A stretch of DNA of 32,000 nucleotides from Telmatocola sphagniphila (GTDB lineage Bacteria; Planctomycetota; Planctomycetia; Gemmatales; Gemmataceae), in NCBI RefSeq assembly GCF_018398935.1, contig NZ_CP074694.1, forward strand, positions 4,920,001-4,952,000. Reading direction: 5' to 3'. Every line of letters begins with the position of its first letter. The first letter of the stretch is position 1. Of this stretch, positions 7,902 to 16,598 are shown piece after piece. Made by a program: the position numbers and the translations under genes. Below the pieces are notes generated by a model, which saw only the letters and a program-made list of their open reading frames with translations, made no database searches and was not told the origin of the DNA.

Positions 7902-9092
7902 CTAGCCAAACACCGCATCGAGATCGGGGTTGTGTCGCATGTCGTTCGAAGGAGGCGCGGTCGGTTTTACCAACGGTTCACCAAATTTCGCAATCAAGGT
8001 CTCAGCCGCCAGACGAATCTTTTCGAGCTTGCGTTTAGCCGCCTCGATCAGCTCGGCGTCCATCCCGTGCAGTTTGGCGAGATCGTTCTTTTCGGTCAGG
8101 TTATTAAACTGGCGTCGAATCAAATCGACCGATAAATCGAATTTGGGATCAATATCCAAAATCTTCCGGCACTCCGCTTCACCAAGACCACCGGATACTG
8201 GTGTAGGAGCGGGAGCGGTCCCGGGAGCAGTCGGGATGATCGTTGCTCCTGAAGTCGACGTCGGCGAAACGCTCGGCTGATAGCTGGCGAACGGATCATC
8301 CGTTTTCGGTTTCGCTTTTTCTTTGTGCGACGCAGAGGCAGTGGAAGTAGTTGTGGCATTCGATGCCGGGACCGATTTGGGAGGCAAAGTCGGAATGATG
8401 ATCGCCCCCACTTTGGGAAGCGGCTGGGCCATCAATTCCTCACTAATTCCCGACGAAGCGTTGCCGAAGAGGCTATTCAAAAACGAGATTCGACGAGCCC
8501 CTTCTACCAGAGGCGTGAACTGATCTCGAGTCCGCTTCAGGGCATCAATCTCGGCTTTTGAGGTCAGGCTGCGCTGTTGGAGGGCGCGGTCAATGTCTTC
8601 CAGTTGCGCGAGTAACTCCGCCGCCCCGGGAACTTTACCGGCCTGCAGTTGTTGCTCGGACTTTTGACGAAGATCCTCAGCGGCATCGGTGATCCATTTC
8701 CACTTTGTCTCGGCGATGCCGGGAATCTTTCCGGTGGTCAAATTCTTCCAGCGATTGAAGTCGGTGAGATTCAGGTAGCCGGCTTTTTTCAGAGCATCGA
8801 TGGTGGCCGGGCCGATGTTGGGATAATCGTCGAGGGCCTCGACAGAAATCGATTTGAAGAAGTTGTCCCGGTATTGGGAACGGACTTTCTCTTGCTGCTC
8901 GTCCTTGTCTTTCTGCTCGTTACTGATTTGCGCTTGCGCGGTACCGATCTTCCGATCGATGTCTTCCAGTGCGGAGAGTACCCGGATTTTCCAAGCCCCG
9001 GCCGGGGAGGCGCGGAAACGCAGATAAAAGAAAGTAATCGCGCCGGCAGCGACCAGCACTAACAGCAAAATAATAATCAGGAAGGTATTCAT
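7902..9092 (-). CDS. Membrane-anchored protein: N-terminal TM, coiled coil, two helix-hairpin-helix-like motifs, P/T/S-rich linker, and a C-terminal J-domain-like helical region without HPD
   Basis: 396 aa. The N-terminal TM is MNTFLIIILLLVLVAAGAITFFYL. HhH-like motifs are NIGPATIDALKKAGY and IPGIAETKWKWI. The linker is low complexity (PPKSVPASNATTTSTASAS...TAPGTAPAPTP). The C-terminus (CRKILDIDPKFDLSVDLIRRQFNNLTEKNDLAKLHG...KLEKIRLAAETL) is patterned like a J domain but lacks the HPD tripeptide. Confidence 0.7.
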   Translation of the reverse strand: MNTFLIIILLLVLVAAGAITFFYLRFRASPAGAWKIRVLSALEDIDRKIGTAQAQISNEQKDKDEQQEKVRSQYRDNFFKSISVEALDDYPNIGPATIDALKKAGYLNLTDFNRWKNLTTGKIPGIAETKWKWITDAAEDLRQKSEQQLQAGKVPGAAELLAQLEDIDRALQQRSLTSKAEIDALKRTRDQFTPLVEGARRISFLNSLFGNASSGISEELMAQPLPKVGAIIIPTLPPKSVPASNATTTSTASASHKEKAKPKTDDPFASYQPSVSPTSTSGATIIPTAPGTAPAPTPVSGGLGEAECRKILDIDPKFDLSVDLIRRQFNNLTEKNDLAKLHGMDAELIEAAKRKLEKIRLAAETLIAKFGEPLVKPTAPPSNDMRHNPDLDAVFG

Positions 9093-9304
9093 GTTTTTAT
9101 CGTGCGGAAGCGAATTAGGCTTTCAAGTCCTCGGTGAAACTGTCCAGAATTTGCCGAGCTATTCGCCACTTTCAAGAACCCTATTTTAGCATTCTGATTA
9201 ACATAGCTTCAGAGAACTTCGAAAGAAAATCGCCCGCCTAGAGTATTAATTCGAAGATCTCGCGCCTGAATTTTCGTCTTCAATTCGATCTCAAGGAATT
9301 TCAA

Positions 9305-10336
9305 ATGGAATACCGGCAATTGGGTGGTTCGGGCTTCAAGGTACCGGCCCTGTGTCTGGGGACGGGTACCTTCGGCGGTGGAAGCGAATTTTTCAAACAG
9401 TGGGGAGCAAGCGATGTGGCGGAAGCTTCCCGCCTCGTCGATATCTGCCTCGAAGCCGGGTTGAACATGTTCGACACCGCCGATATCTACTCCGCCGGGT
9501 TGGCTGAGGAGATTCTTGGGGAGGCGCTCAAAGGCCGGCGCGATCAGGTGCTGATCTCGACCAAGGGCACCTTCCGTTTCGGCAAAGGTCCCAACGATGT
9601 CGGCTCCTCACGTTTCCATCTGATTCAAGCGGTTGAAGGAAGTCTCAAACGGCTCAAGACCGACTACATCGATCTCTACCAATTGCACGGCTTTGATGCC
9701 ATGACGCCGATCGAAGAAGTCCTCGGTACACTCAACGATCTGGTGCGGGCCGGTAAGATTCGTTACATCGGCTGCTCCAACTTCTCCGGCTGGCATCTGA
9801 TGAAATCGCTGGCGATTTCCGATCGCTACGGCCTGACCCGTTATGTCGCTCATCAAGCGTATTACAGTCTGATTGGCCGAGAATACGAGTGGGAACTGAT
9901 GCCACTGGGCATCGATCAAAAAGTGGGCGCCGTGGTCTGGAGCCCATTAGGTTGGGGGCGGCTAACCGGGAAAATTCGACGCGGTCAACCGCTGCCGGAA
10001 ACCAGCCGCCTGAAGAGCCAGCTGGTGGTCGATATGGGCCCGCCGGTCAACCAGGAATATCTGTTCAAAGTCGTCGACGCCCTCGATGAAGTCGCCAAAG
10101 AAACGGGTAAGACCGTGCCGCAAATCGCGCTGAACTGGCTATTGCAACGGCCGACCGTTTCCTCGGTAATCATCGGTGCCCGCAACGAAGAGCAATTGCG
10201 CCAGAATCTCGGGGCGATTGGCTGGAATCTGACCGCCGCACAAGTGGCCAAGCTGGATGCCGCGAGTGCCACGCCGCTGGCCTATCCTTACTGGCATCAG
10301 CGCGGCTTCACCGAGCGCAATCCCGCACCCGTTTAA
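9305..10336 (+). CDS. Aldo/keto reductase family oxidoreductase
   Basis: 343 aa. MEYRQLGGSGFKVPALCLGTGTFGG, FDTADIYSAG.AEEILG, DYIDLYQLH and IRYIGCSNFSGW are typical of AKR (Tas/YajO-like) proteins. Confidence 0.9.
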   Translation: MEYRQLGGSGFKVPALCLGTGTFGGGSEFFKQWGASDVAEASRLVDICLEAGLNMFDTADIYSAGLAEEILGEALKGRRDQVLISTKGTFRFGKGPNDVGSSRFHLIQAVEGSLKRLKTDYIDLYQLHGFDAMTPIEEVLGTLNDLVRAGKIRYIGCSNFSGWHLMKSLAISDRYGLTRYVAHQAYYSLIGREYEWELMPLGIDQKVGAVVWSPLGWGRLTGKIRRGQPLPETSRLKSQLVVDMGPPVNQEYLFKVVDALDEVAKETGKTVPQIALNWLLQRPTVSSVIIGARNEEQLRQNLGAIGWNLTAAQVAKLDAASATPLAYPYWHQRGFTERNPAPV

Positions 10337-10445
10337 TGCGAGTTTAAAAGTTGGAGGGGCTTCTCTCATAAGCTTTTCATTGAACAGGGGCTTCCAAAAC
10401 GGGTAGGCTATCGGAATCGATTTCACTCGCCCTGAGGGAGCCACT

Positions 10446-11660
10446 ATGAAAAATGCACTCCGTAACCGGCTGGTAGTTCTGGGCGTTATGCTGACACTCG
10501 GTACCAGTCCGCTTCACGCTCAGGATTGGACCCAATGGCGCGGCCCGGACCGCAACAACAAGGTCAGCGGTTTCACCGAGCCGAAAACCTGGCCAAAGAA
10601 CTTTACGGAAAAATGGAAAGTCACCGTCGGCGTCGGCGATGCTTCGCCAGTGCTGATGGGCGACAAGGTCTACGCCTACGGCCGGATCGGCAAGAAAGAA
10701 ACCTTATTCTGTCTGGACGCCACCACCGGTAAAGAACTCTGGAAAGACGCCATCGATGCTCCCGATGTGAGGGGGCCGGCCAGCGGACACCCCGGACCGC
10801 GCAGCTCCCCCGCCGCGGCCGATGGCAAAGTCTGCACCTTCGGCGTTGATGCCGTGCTGACCTGTTACGAAGCCGATTCAGGCAAGATTCTCTGGCGGAA
10901 AGAGACCAAAGGTCATCCCCGATTTTTCACTTCCAGCTCGCCGTTAATCGTGGACAAAATGTGCATCATCCACACCGGCTCCGAAGGGAAGGGGGCGCTG
11001 ACCGCGTTTAATCTGGCCGATGGCAAAGAAGTCTGGGCCTGGAATGGCGACGGACCTTCGTACTCTTCCCCGGTGGTGATGACGGTTGCGGGTACCAAAC
11101 AGATCGTTGAAATGACCGAGAAAAACATTGTCGGTATCTCGGCCGCGGACGGGAAGCTTCTCTGGGAGACGCCGTTCAAAGCCCGTTACAACAACTCCAC
11201 GCCGCTCGTTGATGGCGATACGGTCATCTACGGCGCGCCCGGCGTCGGCACCATCGCTTCCAAGATCACCAAGGAAGGGGATAAATTTACTGTCAAGGAA
11301 CTCTGGAAGAAATCCCAGGCTCCCCACAACTACAACTCCCCCACGCTCAAAGACGGCTTCATCTACGGCCTCTCGCCCAGCAAAAATTTCTACTGCATGA
11401 ACGCCAAGACGGGAGAAATCGTCTGGACCGATACCAACATTCGCGGCGAGTGCGGCGTTATCCTCGATGCTGGTTCGGTAATGCTATCGTTGCCGGGCAA
11501 TACCGATCTGGTGGCGTTCAAACCGAACGATAAAGAGTATCAGGAAGTGGCCAAGATTAAAGTGGCCGACACCGCCACCTGGACTTGCCCGATCGTGGCC
11601 GGGAAGAAAATTTTCGTGAAGGACAAGGATACCCTTCGGCTGCTGACCATCGAAGACTAG
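10446..11660 (+). CDS. Secreted PQQ-like beta-propeller repeat protein (BamB-like fold)
   Basis: 404 aa. It has a signal peptide (MKNALRNRLVVLGVMLTLGTSPLHAQ) followed by DWTQWRGPDRNN and repeated G..LW motifs typical of PQQ-enzyme-like repeats. GAGGGAG lies 5 nt upstream of the ATG. Confidence 0.85.
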   Translation: MKNALRNRLVVLGVMLTLGTSPLHAQDWTQWRGPDRNNKVSGFTEPKTWPKNFTEKWKVTVGVGDASPVLMGDKVYAYGRIGKKETLFCLDATTGKELWKDAIDAPDVRGPASGHPGPRSSPAAADGKVCTFGVDAVLTCYEADSGKILWRKETKGHPRFFTSSSPLIVDKMCIIHTGSEGKGALTAFNLADGKEVWAWNGDGPSYSSPVVMTVAGTKQIVEMTEKNIVGISAADGKLLWETPFKARYNNSTPLVDGDTVIYGAPGVGTIASKITKEGDKFTVKELWKKSQAPHNYNSPTLKDGFIYGLSPSKNFYCMNAKTGEIVWTDTNIRGECGVILDAGSVMLSLPGNTDLVAFKPNDKEYQEVAKIKVADTATWTCPIVAGKKIFVKDKDTLRLLTIED

Positions 11661-11663
11661 CGT

Positions 11664-12407
11664 TTAGCCTTCCTTGATTTCGATTCCCGATTTCTGCTTC
11701 GCCCACATCAATTCCAAAAGTGTCGCGATGCGGCGGACCGCATCCGGCACGGTCACGCCGCGCGTATGAATGTTGGCAATCAAATTGCGGTCCGCATCGG
11801 TCTGCCCGGCGTGCGGGGAGTAAGCCATATAGGCGGAAAGGCTTTCCGAAGTAGCTAATCCCGGGCGTTCCCCAATCAGAAGTACAACCGTCTTGGGCTT
11901 GAGAATCTCGCCAATAGCATTCAGCAACCCTACCCGGGCATAGCGAACCACGAAGGACCTACCGACCGACCAATGGCGGTTTTCAAACTCCTCGCTTAAA
12001 GCTGGTAGCAACGCCGGAACCTGCGACTCCACGGCCGTGCAGGATAAGCCATCGCCGATGACGATCTGAACATCCGCATTCATAGGACAATTGTTGAGGA
12101 TCAGCTCGAGGGCCTGCGGCGCGAACTTTCTCCCCAGGTCGGGCCGCAGTAAATATTCGTCCTTACTGCGGGCCTGACTTTGCACTTCAAACAGACCGAA
12201 GCGTTGGATCAGTTCTGGCCCCAATGCATTTTTCCAGTCGAGTTCACTGCGCACGGCATCGCGCGCGGCCGCATGATCGGCCCGCAACTGTAACGCGGTG
12301 GAAGTGCGATAAGCCGGCCCGCTTCGACCCACCAGCAGGCGGGCGGGCGTGCTCTGGAGAATCTGCCGGATGGGATCGAGGGGAACCAGTTCGGATTCCT
12401 CAGCCAT
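11664..12407 (-). CDS. eutC: Ethanolamine ammonia-lyase small subunit
   Basis: 247 aa. It is colinear with E. coli EutC: LRADHAAARDAV, YLLRPDLGR, DVQIVIGDGLS, VVLLIGERPGL..SESLSAY and IANIH. Confidence 0.9.
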   Translation of the reverse strand: MAEESELVPLDPIRQILQSTPARLLVGRSGPAYRTSTALQLRADHAAARDAVRSELDWKNALGPELIQRFGLFEVQSQARSKDEYLLRPDLGRKFAPQALELILNNCPMNADVQIVIGDGLSCTAVESQVPALLPALSEEFENRHWSVGRSFVVRYARVGLLNAIGEILKPKTVVLLIGERPGLATSESLSAYMAYSPHAGQTDADRNLIANIHTRGVTVPDAVRRIATLLELMWAKQKSGIEIKEG

Positions 12408-13875
12408 TGCGAATTTTCTCCTGGAAGTGGATGATCGGCGGACCCGGGAAATGCTTCCGGGCGTAGCCGTACCACACCGCCGTGAGCAGCACGGCCATAC
12501 CGCCTACCACCACAACCGCCCGGTCGTTGGGCGGCTGCATGCCGATGACAATCAGGCCCACACAACCCAGGACACTAATCAGCGACAGCGGACGATACCA
12601 ATGACCGAGATTCCAGGGACCGACTTGAGATTTCCACTGGCTGAAATTCCAAGCGCCGATGGCCGTGGGTAAAACGTAGGAAATGTAAAGAAAAACGGTG
12701 CAAACCGCCGTAATCGTTGCATAGACCGGCGTGTAAATCGTGAACAGGATGGAACTGAGACTGACGACCCAGATCGCCAGCACCGGGCTACGATGTCTCG
12801 GCGAAACCTTTCGCAGCCGATTGGAAAATGGCATCCCGCCATCGCGAGCGAATGCGAACGCGACCCGGGAAGTGGAAGTCACGGTGGCCAACCCACAGAG
12901 ATACTGCGCGAACGCTATAGCAACGAATAAGCCCCGCGCCAGGCCCGAAGGCAATCGCTCCTTGAGGACATAGTAGAAGACACCATCGCCTTCCTCGGCG
13001 GCCGATTTCATATCGGGAATGGCTAATACGATGGCCGACAGCAAAATCCATCCGAACAATCCGGAAACCGCTACCGAACGCAATATTCCTCGTGGCACCA
13101 GATGAGGGGCATCGTGGGTCTCTTCGGAAACGTGGGCCGAGGCATCAAAACCGGTGATCGTATAAGCCGGGAGCAAAAAGCCGAGGGCAAACAGCCAGAT
13201 CATCGATTCTACAGGTTCCCAGGTCGGATCCACTCCCTCTTTTTTCGGCAAGCCGCTGAAATTGGTGAAGGTAATCAGCCGCGAAAAATCCCAACCGCTG
13301 ATCGAAGCCAAAAGCACAATCACCAGCAGAATTGAAATGCCGAGAATCCACCAACCGCTGAAGTCGGTCAGCCGGCGCGTCCATTCGATCCCTCTATGGT
13401 TGATGAATGCCTGACTGAGCGTTACCAAAGTGACCGCGATCGCCTGAGTTTGCAGATCGAGCGGATCGGCCAGAAACGCTCCGGCGACAAAGCGGACCAT
13501 CCCGACATTGATGGCCGCGAGAACGGTGATCAAGCCGAGCAGATTGAACCAGGCCGTCGCCCAACCGGCGCCTCGGCCACCGAGTATTGCCGCCCAGTGA
13601 TACAGGCCGCCCGCGGTCGGAAAGGCGGAAGCCAGCTGCCCCATCGTCGCGGCCACGGCCAGGGCAAACAACGAAACCAACGGCCAACCTATACCGATGG
13701 ATGCCCCGCCCACCGAATCGAAGCCGACGTGAAAAGACGTGATCCCTCCCGCCAGGATGCAGATGATCGAAAGCGAGATGGCAAAGTTGGAAAAGCCTCC
13801 CAGGCAGCGCACCAACTCCTGGGCGTAACCTAGGCGGGCGAGGAGTTTGGCATCATCCGCATCGCTATCGGCCAC
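12400..13875 (-). CDS. APC-superfamily amino acid/amine permease (probable ethanolamine transporter by context)
   Basis: 491 aa with about 12 hydrophobic segments. The N-terminal L.R.LG....L....F.N..ISLSII and the AFPTAGGLYHWA motif are typical of APC permeases. It overlaps the eutC start by 8 nt and begins 13 nt after the eutB stop. Confidence 0.88.
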   Translation of the reverse strand: MADSDADDAKLLARLGYAQELVRCLGGFSNFAISLSIICILAGGITSFHVGFDSVGGASIGIGWPLVSLFALAVAATMGQLASAFPTAGGLYHWAAILGGRGAGWATAWFNLLGLITVLAAINVGMVRFVAGAFLADPLDLQTQAIAVTLVTLSQAFINHRGIEWTRRLTDFSGWWILGISILLVIVLLASISGWDFSRLITFTNFSGLPKKEGVDPTWEPVESMIWLFALGFLLPAYTITGFDASAHVSEETHDAPHLVPRGILRSVAVSGLFGWILLSAIVLAIPDMKSAAEEGDGVFYYVLKERLPSGLARGLFVAIAFAQYLCGLATVTSTSRVAFAFARDGGMPFSNRLRKVSPRHRSPVLAIWVVSLSSILFTIYTPVYATITAVCTVFLYISYVLPTAIGAWNFSQWKSQVGPWNLGHWYRPLSLISVLGCVGLIVIGMQPPNDRAVVVVGGMAVLLTAVWYGYARKHFPGPPIIHFQEKIRNG

Positions 13876-13888
13876 GCGATTCTCCTGT

Positions 13889-15304
13889 TCAGCCGGTAAT
13901 CATTCGAGACAAAGAATCCGTCAAAGCAGGCAGGCGATCGTTGAGAGCCAGTTTCCCGTGCTGAAACAGGCCGCGACTTTCCAGCCACTGGGCAAACTCC
14001 GGCGCGGGCTTCAATTGCAGAAGCGAGCGAACCAGAGCCGCATCGTGATAGCTCGTCGATTGATAATTCAGCATCACATCGTCGGAAGCCGGTACGCCCA
14101 TCACGTAGTTGCAGCCGGCGGAGGCCAGCAGAATCAGCAGATTATCGGTAGAATTCGCATCGGCTTCCGCGTGATTGGTGTAGCAAACATCCACGCCCAT
14201 TGGCAGGCCGAGCAACTTGCCCATGAAGTGGTCTTCGAGCCCGGCCCGAGTGATCTGCCGCTCATCGGCCAGATATTCCGGGCCGATGAACCCCACCACG
14301 CTGTTGATCAGGAACGGATTATAGGTGCGGGCCAGACCATAAGCTTGCGCTTCGAGCGTCAACTGATCGATGCCGTGATGAGCCTCGGCCGACAAAGCAC
14401 TTCCTTGTCCCGTTTCGAAGTAAAGGAATTGCTCGCCGACCCAATGCACATCGCGTCGGCGGTGATGCTCGCGAACTTTCTCGGCCGCTGCGGTCAATCG
14501 GTCGAGTTCCACGCCGAAGGAAGCATTAGCCTTCTGAGTTCCCGCGATCGATTGAAAAAGCAGATCGACGGGGGCTCCCCGTTCCATAGCGGCAATCTGC
14601 GTGGTGAAGTGGGCCAGGCAGCAAGCTTGCGTGGGCACTTGAAGGGTTTCAATAAGTCGATCCAGACCGCGCAGAATGGTCGATACCGCTTCGATGGATT
14701 CCGCCGCTGGATTAATGCCAATCACGGCATCCCCACACCCGTAAGCCAAACCCTCGAGTGCGCCCAAAAGGATTGCCGGGAGATCATCGGTGGGATGATT
14801 CGGCTGCGCCCGCACGGCAAAAACACCTTCTTCGCCAATAGTATTCCGGCAGCGGGTGACGATGCGAATTTTTCGGGCCACGTAAATGAGTTCCTTGTTG
14901 CTCATTAGCTTGGCGACAGCCGCGGCCATCGTCGGAGTGATTCCCCAGCGAACTTTCTCAAGCGCGGCTTGATCGGTCGGATCCTCCAGAAGCCATTCGC
15001 GGAATTGACCCACGGTCTGAGAGCGAATCGGCTGAAAAGGGGAGTTCTGGTGCGAACTGAAAATACGCCGGGTGACATCATCCAGATCGGGGTCTAACAG
15101 CGGCTTAGCGAGAATTTCCGAAAGAGGGAGATCGGCCAGCGCGAATTTAGCCGCGGCGCGCTGCCGTTCCGAGGTGGCCGCGATCCCGGCAAGTTGATCG
15201 CCCGATTTCGCTTCGTTGGCCTTGGCCAGCAGTTCCCGCAAATCCGCAAAAGCAAAGCGTTCCCCGCGCAGTATTGCCACGTATGCCATGTGACGCCGTA
15301 CCAT
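13889..15304 (-). CDS. eutB: Ethanolamine ammonia-lyase large subunit
   Basis: 471 aa. F.DL.ELLAKANE.KSGDQLAGIAA near the N-terminus and long colinearity with EutB. The start could instead be the second ATG, 15 nt downstream at 15289. Confidence 0.93.
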   Translation of the reverse strand: MVRRHMAYVAILRGERFAFADLRELLAKANEAKSGDQLAGIAATSERQRAAAKFALADLPLSEILAKPLLDPDLDDVTRRIFSSHQNSPFQPIRSQTVGQFREWLLEDPTDQAALEKVRWGITPTMAAAVAKLMSNKELIYVARKIRIVTRCRNTIGEEGVFAVRAQPNHPTDDLPAILLGALEGLAYGCGDAVIGINPAAESIEAVSTILRGLDRLIETLQVPTQACCLAHFTTQIAAMERGAPVDLLFQSIAGTQKANASFGVELDRLTAAAEKVREHHRRRDVHWVGEQFLYFETGQGSALSAEAHHGIDQLTLEAQAYGLARTYNPFLINSVVGFIGPEYLADERQITRAGLEDHFMGKLLGLPMGVDVCYTNHAEADANSTDNLLILLASAGCNYVMGVPASDDVMLNYQSTSYHDAALVRSLLQLKPAPEFAQWLESRGLFQHGKLALNDRLPALTDSLSRMITG

Positions 15305-15352
15305 CGGAGAGGGGATTTTGGAATCAGGGCATTGTATGGGCGCGGCCGAGGA

Positions 15353-16438
15353 CTAGCGATTGAGAATAGCGAGTTCCCGCACATTGCTCTCGGCCACTTC
15401 CCGGGAAATCAGACCCTGGTTCAGCAGATTGCGAATGGACTCATCGAAACTGAGCATTCCCTCGTTGCGATTGGTGATGAGATAGTTGTCGATACTCTCG
15501 AGTTTCGAATTGCGAATGGCGGTGGGAATTGGACCGGTGTTAATGAGCACTTCAATCGCCAGATGCCGTTTGGAGCCGACCTCCACATCCGGAAGGAGTC
15601 TCTGTGCCACGACTACTCGCAAACTGGAGGCCAGTTGGTAGCGGACATCCCGTTGCACATCCTGGGGAAAGAGATCGGCATACCGGCTGATCGCCCCTTT
15701 CGTGTCGCGCGTGTGCATGGTCGAAAACACCAGGTGCCCAGTCTCGGCCGCACTCAAGGCAATTTGCGCCGTTTCGCGATCGCGGATTTCGCCCACCAGA
15801 ATCACATCGGGATCTTGTCGCAAGCCGTATTTCAGACCGTCCGCAAAAGTGTGAACATCCACACCGACTTCGCGCTGGGTGATGACCGAATTCGGCTCCT
15901 TGGGATACTGATATTCAATCGGCTCCTCGACAGTGATGATGCGATAACCCCCCGTCCGGTTGAGCAGATTGACAATCATGGCCAGAGAGGTCGTTTTGCC
16001 GGAACCGGTGGCTCCTGTCACAATCACCAGACCATCGAGCAGATAGGCGATACGGTGACCCAGATCTTCCGGGAAGCCGGCCCATTCGAATTCAGGTATG
16101 ACGGTCGGGACGATTCGCAGGCAAGCCCCGAGATTTCCGCCCGAGTGAAACAGGTTGGCGCGGAAGCGGTTGCCATCGATTTCAAAAGAACAGTCGATAT
16201 TTTTCGATTCCAGCAGTCGATCAAAGACACTGGCGGGGCAAAGCGGTTTCAGGAGATTCTCCGTCTCCGCTTCCAGCAAAATTGGGCCGGGAAATTCGCG
16301 CAAATCGCCGTGCAGGCGCATGACAGGTGGGTACCCGGCAATTAAGTGCAGATCGGAGGCCCCGGCTTCCACCGCCCGAGTTAGCAAATCGCGAAGTTTC
16401 GCGGAAATTTCCGGGTTTATAGGCGTGAATGCGCTCAT
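15353..16438 (-). CDS. pilT: Type IV pilus retraction ATPase PilT/PilU family
   Basis: 361 aa. ASDLHL..G.PP..R..G.L, Walker A GATGSGKTTSLA, Walker B ILVGEIRD, TGHLVFSTMHT and the Asp/His boxes are present. Confidence 0.9.
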   Translation of the reverse strand: MSAFTPINPEISAKLRDLLTRAVEAGASDLHLIAGYPPVMRLHGDLREFPGPILLEAETENLLKPLCPASVFDRLLESKNIDCSFEIDGNRFRANLFHSGGNLGACLRIVPTVIPEFEWAGFPEDLGHRIAYLLDGLVIVTGATGSGKTTSLAMIVNLLNRTGGYRIITVEEPIEYQYPKEPNSVITQREVGVDVHTFADGLKYGLRQDPDVILVGEIRDRETAQIALSAAETGHLVFSTMHTRDTKGAISRYADLFPQDVQRDVRYQLASSLRVVVAQRLLPDVEVGSKRHLAIEVLINTGPIPTAIRNSKLESIDNYLITNRNEGMLSFDESIRNLLNQGLISREVAESNVRELAILNR

Positions 16439-16598
16439 ATTCTAACCTTCGCACCAATTTATATCTTTCCTCATCTTAATCCGGTTCCATGATGAGCTTA
16501 TGAGTTTTCGCCGGGCTTACCGGTCGGGGCGCTGATTCCGACTTTCCTCCAATCGCTATACTGATGAAGTTCGAAGGGTTTACTGGGTGGAAGTTTTG

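Noticed and set aside
4945-9092. Possibility that this is a conventional BREX locus
   Set aside because: Only a BrxL-like ATPase is present. I saw no PglX methyltransferase, PglZ phosphatase, or BrxA/B/C-like proteins among the ORFs in the window, and the ATPase lacks the Lon domain, so it cannot be called BREX.
13847-14908. 353-aa + strand ORF
   Set aside because: It lies entirely antisense to eutB, which has unmistakable homology. Its translation is R/G/Q/H-rich with no motifs, as expected for a GC3-driven shadow ORF.
15194-16345. 383-aa + strand ORF
   Set aside because: It is antisense to pilT (and the eutB start). It has no recognisable motifs, whereas the minus-strand product has the full PilT signature.
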